A stretch of 64,000 nt of DNA from Candidatus Spongiisociaceae bacterium. Lineage in GTDB: Bacteria; Actinomycetota; Acidimicrobiia; Spongiisociales; Spongiisociaceae. Location: assembly GCA_965262915.1 (NCBI GenBank), contig OZ253564.1, positions 1,056,001-1,120,000 of the forward strand. The letters are read 5' to 3'. Below, in pieces: positions 10,349 to 20,078 of this stretch (positions are counted from its first letter, which is position 1; every line of letters begins with the position of its first letter). The notes under the pieces were generated by a model. The model did no database searches. It was not told the DNA's origin and was given only the letters and a program-made list of their open reading frames with translations. The position numbers and the translations under genes were made by a program.

Positions 10349-11251
10349 CTACACCGTCAATCGGAGCTCCTCTCCCAGCCGGTCGGCGAGCGCATCGCCG
10401 AGCATGCTGAAACCGACTCCGATCATCACCAGCACGAGCCCGGAAAGGGTGGTTATCCACCAACCAACCCGGAGATGCGCCTGCCCGTCGGCGACGATGA
10501 CGCCGAGTTCGGCGGTCGGCGCCTGGACCCCGAGACCGAGATAGGAGACGCCCGCTATGAGCAGGAGGTTGAGGACGATGTCAGCCACCGAGAACACGAG
10601 CGGGGACCGGATGAGGTTCGGTACCGCGTGCCTACCCAGAATGCGCGCCGTGGAGTAACCGAGGCCTCTGGCGGCCAGCATGTACTGCTGCTCACGGATC
10701 ACCAGCATCTCGCCCCTGGCCAACCGGGCGTAGAGAGCCCAGCCGACCGCGAGCACCCCGATGAAGATGCCGACCAGCCCCGGCCCCGTGATGGCAACGA
10801 CCGCGATCACGACCACCAGGAAGGGGAACGCCATCACGATGTCGACGGCACGATTGACAACCGTGTCGACCCAGCCCCCGAAGTGCCCGGCAACCATACC
10901 CAGAGTGACGCCCACCAGCAGAGGCACGTAGGTGATAATGAGCACGATCGCCATGTCAAGGCGTATTCCGTGCAGGACACGGGAGAACACGTCCCTACCG
11001 AGTTCGTCGGTTCCGAATATGTGGTCTCCGGAGGGTGGCTGGAGTGTTTCCAACAGGTTGAGTTCGTTGGGTGGGTACGGAGCGATCCACGGAGCCAGCA
11101 GCCCGGCGATGACGACCAGCGCCACGATCGATCCGCCGATGTAAAGCGCGACGTTGGACCATCGCCGATCGGACAGTGCCCGCCTTCGCAGCCGGCGGGT
11201 TGCCACCAGCAGCCGCTCCTGGCGCGCAGGCACTTCCCGGGCGATGCTCAC
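10349..11251 (-). CDS. ABC transporter permease (OppC/DppC-like)
   Basis: HIFGTDELGRDVFSR, EAA-like loop YMLAARGLG, multiple TM segments. Confidence 0.93.
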   Translation of the reverse strand: MSIAREVPARQERLLVATRRLRRRALSDRRWSNVALYIGGSIVALVVIAGLLAPWIAPYPPNELNLLETLQPPSGDHIFGTDELGRDVFSRVLHGIRLDMAIVLIITYVPLLVGVTLGMVAGHFGGWVDTVVNRAVDIVMAFPFLVVVIAVVAITGPGLVGIFIGVLAVGWALYARLARGEMLVIREQQYMLAARGLGYSTARILGRHAVPNLIRSPLVFSVADIVLNLLLIAGVSYLGLGVQAPTAELGVIVADGQAHLRVGWWITTLSGLVLVMIGVGFSMLGDALADRLGEELRLTV

Positions 11252-12192
11252 TTCTCAACCAGCGTCACGCGGGGATCTATCGCCGCGTAGGTCAGATCGG
11301 CCGCCAGGTTGATCACGATGACGGTGAGCCCGAAGAACAGAACCGTAGCCTGGATGACCGGATAGTCGCGTTGCAGCACCGCCTCGATCACCAGCGAGCC
11401 GAGTCCCGGGATCGCGAAGACGTTCTCGACGATCACGGACCCGCTGATCATGAAGCCGATGATGAGCGAGAGCACCGTGACCGTCGCGATCAGCGAGTTA
11501 CGCATGACGTGTTTGCCGATGACCCTGGACTCTCGGTATCCCTTGGCCCTGGCAGCCTCCACGTACTCCTGATCCATGACCTCGATGATGCTCGAGCGCA
11601 GGGTTCGGGCGAGGATCGGGGCCAGGAACAGCCCGATAGTGGCCGCCGGCAACGTGAGGCTGCGCAGGATGGTGAGAACATTCGTCTTGTCGTAGCCCGC
11701 CACCGGCAGCCAGCCCAACCTGATCGCGAAGAAGAGCGCCAGCAGCAGCCCCAGCCAGAACGAGGGCATTGCGAACGTGATCATGCTGCCCAGCCGCATG
11801 AGATGGTCCTGCCAGCGGTTTCGCTTCACGGCGGAGAGGATGGCGAGGGGAACCGCCAGCACGACGGCGATCACCGCGCTGTACAACAGCAGCGCGAAGC
11901 TGATCACCGCACGGGAGGCGATCACGTCGCGAACCGGTTCCTTCTTGAGGATCGACTCCCCGAAGTCACCGACGACCGCACCCCTCACGAATCCTATGAA
12001 CTGCTCGGGTACCGAACGGTCAAGACCCAACTCGCGTCGCAGGCTGGCCAGGCTCTCCGGCGTGGCGTTGTACCCCAGCATGTTCAGGGCCGGGTCTCCC
12101 GGCACCAGCACGATGATGACGAACGCGCCGACGGTGACCGCCACTACCACCGGGATGCTGTGCAGGAGGCGGCGACCCAGGTAACGGAACAC
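11248..12192 (-). CDS. ABC transporter permease (OppB/DppB-like)
   Basis: VPGDPA, YVEAARAKG, ENVFAIPGLG, RDYPVIQ. Confidence 0.93.
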   Translation of the reverse strand: MFRYLGRRLLHSIPVVVAVTVGAFVIIVLVPGDPALNMLGYNATPESLASLRRELGLDRSVPEQFIGFVRGAVVGDFGESILKKEPVRDVIASRAVISFALLLYSAVIAVVLAVPLAILSAVKRNRWQDHLMRLGSMITFAMPSFWLGLLLALFFAIRLGWLPVAGYDKTNVLTILRSLTLPAATIGLFLAPILARTLRSSIIEVMDQEYVEAARAKGYRESRVIGKHVMRNSLIATVTVLSLIIGFMISGSVIVENVFAIPGLGSLVIEAVLQRDYPVIQATVLFFGLTVIVINLAADLTYAAIDPRVTLVEK

Positions 12193-12236
12193 GTTTCCGG
12201 GTCAGCCGCCCTGCCGGTGCGTAGTCGGGATTTTCC

Positions 12237-13922
12237 TTACTGCTCGATCCATGTGTTCTCGAAGTGGTACACGCCGAGAGCGTCCTGGTCGACATCGTGA
12301 ACGCCATCGCGCACACCCGTCGCCAGGGGTAGCCACAGGATGTTCAGCCAGGGCATGTCGGCGACCCACTCGGCCTGGATCTGGGGCCAGAGTTCCTGCC
12401 GCCTCTCTTCGGTGGCCGCAACCGCCTCTTCCACCTTGGCCCACACCGACTCGTTGCCCCATCCGCTGAAGAGGCCGTCCAGTCCGGCGTCGGTGGGATC
12501 GGCCATCAGCAGAGCGAACTCGTCGGGAACCAGCACGTCCGACGTCCATTTCAGGAAGGGCATCGTGATCTCGTATCCGTAGCTGAACAGGTTGTCGGCC
12601 AGCGTGCTCTCATCCAGCTCCACGAGTTGCAGGTCCACGCCGATCTCGGCCCACTGGGCCTGGAGGACGGTGGCCAGAGACTTGTGCTGCCCGGAACCGG
12701 CCGGGAACTGGAACGTGACGCTGAAGCCTTCGGGAACCGACGACGAAGCCATCAACTCCTTCGCCATGTCCAGGTCGAATGAGAACGGGGGGACTTCGCT
12801 GGTCGATGCGTTGTACTTGAGCGGCGGGATCAGATGGTTGGGGATCGTTCCGACCCCTCCGAATACCGCGGCGTTGATCGCCTCACGGTCGGTGGCGTAG
12901 CTCAGCGCCTGGCGAACGGCTAGCTCTTCGAGTGGGGGGACGTTGTGGTTGATCCAGACCGGCTCCTGGCGGGTGACCTCACGTACGAGCACCGTGACGC
13001 CGTCGAGACCCCCGACCGCGTCGATCTGGGTGAACGGGACGCTCTCCATGACATGTGCCTCGCCCGAGTCGAGCTTCAACGCCCGGGTGTTGTCGTCCAC
13101 TATGAAGTCGTAGCGCAACTCGTCGAGATAGGGCTTGCCTTCCTCCCAGTAGTAGGGGTTCGGCTCGAAGCTGATGCTCGTGCCCCGGATCCACTCCTTG
13201 AGCTTGAAGGGTCCGCTGCCGACCGGGTCCTCCCAGAAGGCGTCGCCCTGGGCCTCCAGCACTGCCTTCGGCACGATGTACGCCGGGAAGATGCTGATGT
13301 TCTCCAGGAACGCGGCGATCGGCTGGTCGAGATGGATGATGAAGTTCCGGTCGTCGACGATCTCCGTACCCGTGTAGCCGAGCGCGAGGAACGGGAGGAT
13401 GGTGTTTATGTCGGGGTCCGCGAACCTGTCGATCGAGTACTGGACATCTTCGGACGTGACCGGATCACCGTTGCTGAACCGGGCGTTCTCCCGGAGGGTG
13501 AAGGTCCAGTCGAGCCCGTCAACGCTGACCTCCCACGACTCGGCGAGGGCCGGGATGATGGAGGTGCCGCCCTTGGGATCCGCGTACACCAGAGTGTCGA
13601 AGATCAACTCGTGGGCGTAGATCTGACCATTGTCGGACAACTCGAACGGGTTGAGCGTGTTGGTCTCGAGCTGGCGGGCGAAAACGAGAGTGCCACCGCG
13701 CTGCGGACCGGACATGGCAGCTTCGGTTGTTTCCGGCGCCGCTGCCTCGGTTGTTTCCGGCGCCGCTGCCGCTGCCGCGGTAGTCGTTGTGGCAGCTTGG
13801 GTAGCTTGGGTGGCCGCCTGAGTCGCCTCCGGCGCTTCATCATCGTCGGTTCCGCACGCTGCCGCTACCAGCCCGATAACCAGCAGGCAAGCAGTCATAC
13901 GGTAAAGGGGTCGCAGTGTCAT
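12237..13922 (-). CDS. Family-5 ABC solute-binding lipoprotein
   Basis: Lipobox LVAAAC, Ala/Thr/Glu-rich linker, PALAESW...FTLRENARFSNGDPVTSEDV, GSGPFKL. Confidence 0.93.
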   Translation of the reverse strand: MTLRPLYRMTACLLVIGLVAAACGTDDDEAPEATQAATQATQAATTTTAAAAAAPETTEAAAPETTEAAMSGPQRGGTLVFARQLETNTLNPFELSDNGQIYAHELIFDTLVYADPKGGTSIIPALAESWEVSVDGLDWTFTLRENARFSNGDPVTSEDVQYSIDRFADPDINTILPFLALGYTGTEIVDDRNFIIHLDQPIAAFLENISIFPAYIVPKAVLEAQGDAFWEDPVGSGPFKLKEWIRGTSISFEPNPYYWEEGKPYLDELRYDFIVDDNTRALKLDSGEAHVMESVPFTQIDAVGGLDGVTVLVREVTRQEPVWINHNVPPLEELAVRQALSYATDREAINAAVFGGVGTIPNHLIPPLKYNASTSEVPPFSFDLDMAKELMASSSVPEGFSVTFQFPAGSGQHKSLATVLQAQWAEIGVDLQLVELDESTLADNLFSYGYEITMPFLKWTSDVLVPDEFALLMADPTDAGLDGLFSGWGNESVWAKVEEAVAATEERRQELWPQIQAEWVADMPWLNILWLPLATGVRDGVHDVDQDALGVYHFENTWIEQ

Positions 13923-14178
13923 CGGGCCTCCCTCGCCTAATGGAGTTTGGTTCAGCCCGCGGGACTACCGGCACAGTCGCCTGGCGGCCGGATCGTCTGA
14001 TCCTTGTCGGCCGAACTTTGCTCCCTGAGGCTAGACGAACGGGTTTCTGCGCGTCGGGCAGAGCAAGGTGGCGTGTTCTGTGGTCAGAAGCCTTGTGTCC
14101 GACGGCTAGGGCGGCCGTCGGGAGTAGCGGGTCGTTCTGGGTGCCTCTCGGTGTATTGGGAGCCGGTCGGGCGAGCAA

Positions 14179-14195
14179 CCGTTGACCGTCAACGG
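14179..14195. promoter_or_regulatory. Perfect 8-1-8 palindrome, possible operator
   Basis: CCGTTGAC-C-GTCAACGG between the divergent ABC operon and TA pair. Confidence 0.3.
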
Positions 14196-14253
14196 CGAAC
14201 GCACAGGCGAACCTTCAGTGACCGCTGTCACCCGTGCCCGCCATGATGTCGCG

Positions 14254-14262
14254 TGGTATCAT
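14254..14262 (+). promoter_or_regulatory. Possible extended -10 element of the TA pair
   Basis: TGGTATCAT 10 nt upstream of ATG 14273. Confidence 0.3.
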
Positions 14263-14272
14263 TAGGATACGT

Positions 14273-14464
14273 ATGAGCAAAGAGGTTTTGGTGTCACCAA
14301 GTCCAGCGACTGACACCGATGATTGCACGCTGGCCGATATCGAAGCGTGTACGGGCGTGGTCGCTGACCTTACAGGCGACTACGCGGCTGGCCGGACGAT
14401 GTTCTTCGAGACTGGCGAAAAGTTTCTCGAGTTCCTGGGTGCGCGAGTCCACGAATCGGACTAA
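14273..14464 (+). CDS. Small acidic putative antitoxin
   Basis: 63 aa directly upstream of the RelE-like gene; C-terminal DYAAGRTMFFETGEKFLEFL resembles antitoxin tails. Confidence 0.45.
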   Translation: MSKEVLVSPSPATDTDDCTLADIEACTGVVADLTGDYAAGRTMFFETGEKFLEFLGARVHESD

Positions 14465-14479
14465 CGCACTTGAGGTCGG

Positions 14480-14782
14480 GTGCCCACCTACGAACAAACG
14501 GCGGCGTTCATTCGCGATTTTGACCGTCTGACGAAAGAGCAACAGGGACGGTTCCTTGACGCGTTGTCGCGCTCCATTGCTGACCTGGTAGCGATAGAGG
14601 CAGGCCAGGAATACCGCTTTCGCCCAGGGCTCCGGGTGAAACGGGTGCAAGGCATACCGGGCTTGTTCGAGATGACTTGGGCACCCGATGGCCGAGCCCT
14701 TTTTTCGTGGAGCGACCAAGTCGTGCAAGGCAGGCGGCATGTCATATGGGAACGCTGCGGCGATCATGCCGTTCTTCCCTAG
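14480..14782 (+). CDS. RelE/ParE-superfamily-like toxin
   Basis: MPTYEQTAAFIRDFDRL...GLRVKRVQGIPGLFEMTW...DGRALF...VIWERCGDH pattern, 100 aa. Confidence 0.65.
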   Translation: MPTYEQTAAFIRDFDRLTKEQQGRFLDALSRSIADLVAIEAGQEYRFRPGLRVKRVQGIPGLFEMTWAPDGRALFSWSDQVVQGRRHVIWERCGDHAVLP

Positions 14783-15003
14783 AATCAGGGAGCACCGTTC
14801 GCGGCAACTCTCTCCCGCCATACAACACCATCCATGTCGGCGGGTGGCTGTCACTGATCCGCACAAGCGTTGTGGGCCCGGATAACGCACGCGACTGGAA
14901 GGGGACCGTCGGTGAAGTTCCAATACTTGGTTGGGTTCCGCGGGTTGGGCAGACACGATGATTCGGTAGATGGTCGGTGTGGGTAATAAGAGTTAGCGAA
15001 CCG

Positions 15004-16041
15004 TTACTGCTTCAGGACCGCATCAACAGCTGCGATGATCCGTGCGGCGTCCGGGATGTAGGCGTTCTCTAGGGGTGGGCTCAGCGGTACCGGCGAATGG
15101 GGGGCTGTCACCCTCCTCACGGGCGCGGCCAGCACATCGAATGCCTGCTCCGAGACCATTGCGGCGATGTCCGCCGCGATGCTGCACCTCGGGGGGCTCT
15201 CATCCACGACTATCAAGCGTTTGGTCTTGCGTACCGACTCGAGGATCGTCTCCGAATCGAGCGGAGAGAGTGACCTGGGATCGATCACCTCCGCCTCGAT
15301 GCCGTCCGATGCCAGGGTCGCGGCGACCTCCAGCGCCAGCTTCGCCATGTACGAGATCCCGACGATGGTCACATCCGTACCCGGGCGGGTAACAGAGGCC
15401 GAGCCGAGCGGGACGGTGTAGGGGTCCTCCGGTACCTGCTGGCGGGTGTTGTAGAGCCGCATGTGTTCGAAGAACAGGACCGGGTCGTCGTCGGCGATCG
15501 CCGCCAATAGCAGGCCCTTGGCGTCGTAGGGTGTCGTCGGGACCACCACCTTGATGCCGGGCAGGTGGGTGTAAAGGGAGTACAGGGTGTCGGAGTGCTG
15601 CCCGGCCGCCCCGAGTCCGGCCCCGATGGCCATGCGAAGCACCAGAGGAACGCTCGCCTGCCCACCGAACATGTAACGCATCTTGGCCGCCTGGTTGTGG
15701 ATCTGGTCGAAGGCCAGCGGCGTGAAACTGGACCACATCATGTCGACGACCGGCCGGATCCCGGACGCCGCCGCGCCGACCGCGATCCCGACCAGACCCG
15801 CCTCGGAGATAGGGGTGTCCCGGACACGGGAAGAACCGAACTTGTGGAACAGGCCCTTGGTGGCGCCGAAGGTGCCTCCCATCGCCCCTTCGTACGGTTC
15901 GCCGAGACCCGCTCCTCCGACCACGTCTTCGCCGTAGACGACCACGGTCTCGTCGGCCTCCATCGCCTGGAACATGGCTTCGCCTACGGCGTGGATCATG
16001 GTGATCGGTCTTCTACCCACCGTAAGCTCCGCTGTAGACAT
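15004..16041 (-). CDS. acoB: TPP-dependent 2-oxoacid/acetoin dehydrogenase E1 beta subunit
   Basis: GEDV, RVRDTPISE, DQIHNQAAK, AAGQHS, PYDAKGLL. Confidence 0.88.
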   Translation of the reverse strand: MSTAELTVGRRPITMIHAVGEAMFQAMEADETVVVYGEDVVGGAGLGEPYEGAMGGTFGATKGLFHKFGSSRVRDTPISEAGLVGIAVGAAASGIRPVVDMMWSSFTPLAFDQIHNQAAKMRYMFGGQASVPLVLRMAIGAGLGAAGQHSDTLYSLYTHLPGIKVVVPTTPYDAKGLLLAAIADDDPVLFFEHMRLYNTRQQVPEDPYTVPLGSASVTRPGTDVTIVGISYMAKLALEVAATLASDGIEAEVIDPRSLSPLDSETILESVRKTKRLIVVDESPPRCSIAADIAAMVSEQAFDVLAAPVRRVTAPHSPVPLSPPLENAYIPDAARIIAAVDAVLKQ

Positions 16042-16987
16042 AGTCGGTCACGCCGGCGGCGGTCGGCCACGGATCGGACTTGGCTGCAGCTACTCCCCGG
16101 TCGAGTTCGTCGATGATGCCTGCCCGGATACTCCCTACGGCTGCTTCGGTGAGCAATCCGGCGGCGCTGAGTTCTGACTGGAGTCGCTCAAGCGGGTCCC
16201 GGCTCCTAGCGTCCGCAAGGTCGTCCTCGTTTCGGTACTTCTGGGTGTCGCCCACGTAGTGAGCCGAAATGCGGGGGATCTTCGCCTCAATGAACGACGG
16301 ACCCTCACCGCGACGGGCTCGCTCGATCGCCTCTCCGGCCGCCTCGTAGATGGCGAAGACATCCGCTCCGTCGACGATATGGCCCGGGATGCCGAACCCG
16401 TCTGCCCTCCGGCTCAGATCCGCAACGCTCTGTGCATACGACGCCGGAGTGGACTCCGCCCAACCGTTGTTCTCGCACAGGTATATGACAGGCAACTTCC
16501 AGATCGACGCCAGGTTCATCGATTCGTAGAGGATGCCCTGCCCGGCCCCGCCGTCCCCGAAGAAGCTGACCGAGACGTTCGACGTACCCTTGACCTGTTG
16601 GGCGAAGGCCCCGCCGGTGGCGAGGCCGATGCTCCCGCCGACGATCGCGTTGGCTCCCAGCATCCCTCTCTCGAAGTCGGCGATGTGCATCGATCCGCCC
16701 CGTCCCTTGCACAGACCGGTTTCGCGGCCGTACAGCTCGGCGAGCATCCCCGAGATCGAACATCCCTTGGCGAGACTGTGCCCGTGGCCCCGATGCGTGC
16801 TGGCGATGAGATCGGTATCCGACAGGTGGGCGCACACCCCGGTCGCCACCGCTTCGGCGCCTATGCAGGTGTGGACGAAGCCGGGCATGTCGCCCCGCTG
16901 GTACTCGAGCGTGACCCTCTCCTCGAACAGGCGGATCGTCATCATCGTCTCGAACATCTCCAGCAGCGTCCGATCCGGGACGGTCAT
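16013..16987 (-). CDS. acoA: TPP-dependent 2-oxoacid/acetoin dehydrogenase E1 alpha subunit
   Basis: STHRGHGH, GRGGSMH, TPP motif GDG...ENN, HYVGD. Confidence 0.88.
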   Translation of the reverse strand: MTVPDRTLLEMFETMMTIRLFEERVTLEYQRGDMPGFVHTCIGAEAVATGVCAHLSDTDLIASTHRGHGHSLAKGCSISGMLAELYGRETGLCKGRGGSMHIADFERGMLGANAIVGGSIGLATGGAFAQQVKGTSNVSVSFFGDGGAGQGILYESMNLASIWKLPVIYLCENNGWAESTPASYAQSVADLSRRADGFGIPGHIVDGADVFAIYEAAGEAIERARRGEGPSFIEAKIPRISAHYVGDTQKYRNEDDLADARSRDPLERLQSELSAAGLLTEAAVGSIRAGIIDELDRGVAAAKSDPWPTAAGVTDYVYSGAYGG

Positions 16988-17262
16988 GCGGGCGCTCCTC
17001 CTTCGACCAGGCTGCGGTATTCGGCATCGTTCTCGGCGATCCAGCCGATGACCGTTCCGATCGGATAGTCCTCACCGACCGGAGCCCCGTGGTGCACGAT
17101 CCCGGCGGCGCCCGCCTCGATTTCCACCTCCACCTTGTTGGTCTCCATGAGGAAGACCGCCTCGCCGGCCCGGACCGAAGCGCCCTCGTCGACCAGCCAT
17201 GCGATCAGATGGCAATCGTCCATGTAGATGCCGGTCTTGGGCACGAAAACTTCATGGGCCAT
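16984..17262 (-). CDS. Stand-alone lipoyl-carrier domain protein
   Basis: WLVDEGASVRAGE, METNKVEVEIEA with lipoyl lysine; 92 aa, no E2 core. Confidence 0.85.
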   Translation of the reverse strand: MAHEVFVPKTGIYMDDCHLIAWLVDEGASVRAGEAVFLMETNKVEVEIEAGAAGIVHHGAPVGEDYPIGTVIGWIAENDAEYRSLVEGGAPA

Positions 17263-17343
17263 GGTTAGTGGTCCGTCTGCGAAATGGCGGTGTGGCATGC
17301 AGGGCACGCCATGTTGTTTTGCAGACGGACCACTGGTTCCTCC

Positions 17344-18288
17344 TCAGCCCGGGATCAGCACTTGCTTGCCGTTGCCCCCTGCAACGTTGCCCCAAGCCGA
17401 CGCTGCGTCAGAGATCGGTGTGGTGACGACCGGTAGGGTCAGGTCCCCGGCGGTTGCCAGATCCACCATGGTCAGGTAGGTAGCGACTATCTCATCGCGG
17501 GGTATCCCGAAGTTGCTGTATCCCTTGATCGTCATCTGCCGACCCCGGACCAACCCTGACACGACCGTGGCGGTGCCTCCCGCTGCGTCTCCGATATGGA
17601 TCACGCGGGCCCCCAGCCGGGTAGCGGTGAGCGCAGCTTCGAGGGGTGCACCCCAGAGCGCGTCGAAGACAACGTCGGCCCCGCCTTCGCATGCGGCCTG
17701 CATGCGGCCGGCCAGATCGTCGCCGTCCAGAGACACGACGGCATCCGCCATCCCCTCCAGGGCCGCCAAGCGTTCGGGATTGCGTCCTACCGCCACGACT
17801 CTTGCCGCCCCGGCGATACGGGCCGCCTGGACCGCGACGCTTCCCGCCGCCCCGGTCGCTCCCAGCACGAGGGCGGTTTCCCCCGCCTGCAGCTTCGCTG
17901 CCCAGGTGATCGGAAGCCAACCGGCCAGGGCCGCGGTTCCCAGCGCCGCCGCGGTGGCGGCATCCGCGTCATCTCCGATATCTACAAGGGCGCCTAGGGG
18001 AGCGTTGAATCGCTCGGCGGCGGTCCCGTCCCGGGCGATGCCGAGGCCTCCTCCCATGACGAACACGCGCCGGCCGTCACTCTCCACCCGTCCGACTGCC
18101 TCGATAGCCGGCACATAGGGCATCGGCGGGTGCCCGGCGTAGAACCCGCCGGATGCGATCGCCAGATCGACCGGGTTGAGCGAGGCGGCCTCGAGCGCGA
18201 TCGTCGCCTCGCCCTCGGCCGGATCGGGCAGGTCGCGTTCTTCCACAACGGGAGTGGCGCCGGGTGCGGTGATAAGTGCGGCCTTCAT
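17344..18288 (-). CDS. MDR-family (quinone-oxidoreductase-like) NAD(P)H dehydrogenase
   Basis: SLNPVD, LVLGATGAAG Rossmann motif, DVVFDALWG. Confidence 0.88.
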   Translation of the reverse strand: MKAALITAPGATPVVEERDLPDPAEGEATIALEAASLNPVDLAIASGGFYAGHPPMPYVPAIEAVGRVESDGRRVFVMGGGLGIARDGTAAERFNAPLGALVDIGDDADAATAAALGTAALAGWLPITWAAKLQAGETALVLGATGAAGSVAVQAARIAGAARVVAVGRNPERLAALEGMADAVVSLDGDDLAGRMQAACEGGADVVFDALWGAPLEAALTATRLGARVIHIGDAAGGTATVVSGLVRGRQMTIKGYSNFGIPRDEIVATYLTMVDLATAGDLTLPVVTTPISDAASAWGNVAGGNGKQVLIPG

Positions 18289-18629
18289 GATGTCGTCTCC
18301 TTCTTGGGCAGGTAACGGTCGGCGTCGGCGAACACATCGATCCCCCGGTAACCGCCGCGGATGCGGGTGATGTGGGTGACTCCGGCGGGGACGGTGTAGG
18401 TGTCCCCCCGGCGGTACGTCCGGGTGTCGCCTCCTATCGTCATCTCCATCTCGCCTTCGAGCACCACGCCCCACTGCGCGCCGTGGGCGTGTTCCGGGAC
18501 TTCGACATCCCGGTCGATCTCGTAGAACATGGGCATGCAGTACTCGTTCGGAACGATGTGAGCCCGCATGTCGACCGGGCTGTCCGGCACGGGCAGTGCC
18601 TTGATGAAGTCCGGGAAGCCGTCGCTCAC
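18285..18629 (-). CDS. Cupin domain protein
   Basis: PEHAH...QWGVVLEGEM, GDTYTVPAGVTH. Confidence 0.85.
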   Translation of the reverse strand: MSDGFPDFIKALPVPDSPVDMRAHIVPNEYCMPMFYEIDRDVEVPEHAHGAQWGVVLEGEMEMTIGGDTRTYRRGDTYTVPAGVTHITRIRGGYRGIDVFADADRYLPKKETTS

Positions 18630-18678
18630 GGAACTCTCCTTTCTCTCAGAGTCTCGTCGGCGGACTCTACGAACCCCG

Positions 18679-20055
18679 TCACGTGGCCGTCGCTCGTTGA
18701 TCCGAGATCAGAGCCGCGTAGGAGTCCGAAGTTCCGGCCCTCTCTTCGAACCGGTAGACGTGCGGGGTATAGACGTGTGTCTTCTCGAACGGGTGCTTCG
18801 TTCTCGGTATCGAAGTAGGCCGCCAGGAAGAGACCGGTCGGCCGGCCTTGACGATGGTACGAATACTCTTCCTGTCCTGGAGGATGGCGACGTTGCGGTC
18901 CGGGTTGCCTTCGACGACCAGCAGATCGGCGTACTTGCCGGGTGTCAGCGTTCCGATCTGCTCGGCATGCTGGGGCAACGTGATGGCACTGTTGCGCGTC
19001 ATCGAAAGCAGGGCTTCGAAGTGGGACATACCGAGAAGGTCGACGAAGAGTTCCATCTCCCTGGCGTGCCACTCCCCGTAGGGGGTCATGGCGAATCCTG
19101 ACTCCGAGCCTCCGACCAGAGTCGCTCCGTTCCGGTGCGCCTCGCTGAGAATCGCGGCCGCCGCGTCGAGCTCGCGCTTGAAACGGTCACGCAGCGCGGG
19201 GGAGAGATCGGCGCGGTTCGCCTCCAGGGTGTTGACCAGCAGCGTCATGGCCGGGAGCAGGGGAATGTCCTTTTCAAGGACGATCTCGAGGGTCGGTTCG
19301 TCCATGTAGGACGCATGCATGATCCAGTCGACGCCGGCCCGCGCCGCGTACTCGACCGACTGGCGGGATCGGGCGTGGATGGTCACGGGCCGGCTCAGAC
19401 GGTGTGCTTCGTCGACGGCCAGCTCGAGTTCCTCGAGGCGGAAGGAGGCGTACTCGTCGGACGAGTTGCCGGATCCGGCGATCTTGATGACGTTCACGCC
19501 GTCCTTGACCTCGTTGCGGATCTCCTGGAGTAGCTCGTCCCGGTTACGCACCAATGCCCCGAACGACGACTCCGGAACTCCGATCCAGCTGGGGAAGCCG
19601 TCCGAGATTCCCTGCTGCGTCGTGATCTGGCGGCCCGCGCACGCCATCCGCGGCCCCTGCACGAGGTTGGCTTCGATGGCGTCCCGCACGGCGATCGCCA
19701 CGGAGTACGGGCCGCCGGGATCGCAGCTGGAGGTCACTCCCGCCAGGAGCGCCTTTTCCGCATCGACCGAGGCCCGGATCGCCCGATACTCGGCCGGTGT
19801 GTAGATCGACAGCTCTTCCTCCGAGGTAGCCTCGCCGAAACTTATGTGCATGTGCCCGTCGACCAGTCCCGGCATCACCGTGGTGCCGGTCGTGTCGACC
19901 TCTTCGTAGCCGTTCGCCAGGAACTGCTGGGGTGCGGCGTCGGAGTGACCCACCCAGGCGATCCGGTCGCCCTCGACCACGACGCAGCCTCGATCGATGA
20001 CCGTTTCGTCCTCGCATGCCAGCACCCGGCCCCCGTTGAAGCGGTACCCGGTCAT
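18679..20055 (-). CDS. Metal-dependent amidohydrolase (prolidase-like subtype)
   Basis: MPGLVDGHMH, VIKI lysine, TIHA, IMHA, GKYADLLVVEGNP. Confidence 0.9.
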   Translation of the reverse strand: MTGYRFNGGRVLACEDETVIDRGCVVVEGDRIAWVGHSDAAPQQFLANGYEEVDTTGTTVMPGLVDGHMHISFGEATSEEELSIYTPAEYRAIRASVDAEKALLAGVTSSCDPGGPYSVAIAVRDAIEANLVQGPRMACAGRQITTQQGISDGFPSWIGVPESSFGALVRNRDELLQEIRNEVKDGVNVIKIAGSGNSSDEYASFRLEELELAVDEAHRLSRPVTIHARSRQSVEYAARAGVDWIMHASYMDEPTLEIVLEKDIPLLPAMTLLVNTLEANRADLSPALRDRFKRELDAAAAILSEAHRNGATLVGGSESGFAMTPYGEWHAREMELFVDLLGMSHFEALLSMTRNSAITLPQHAEQIGTLTPGKYADLLVVEGNPDRNVAILQDRKSIRTIVKAGRPVSSWRPTSIPRTKHPFEKTHVYTPHVYRFEERAGTSDSYAALISDQRATAT

Positions 20056-20078
20056 GATCTACCTCCCCTTTGCAGCTC

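Noticed and set aside
13923-14170. Riboswitch upstream of the ABC binding protein
   Set aside because: Only GC-rich hairpins; no recognisable aptamer consensus
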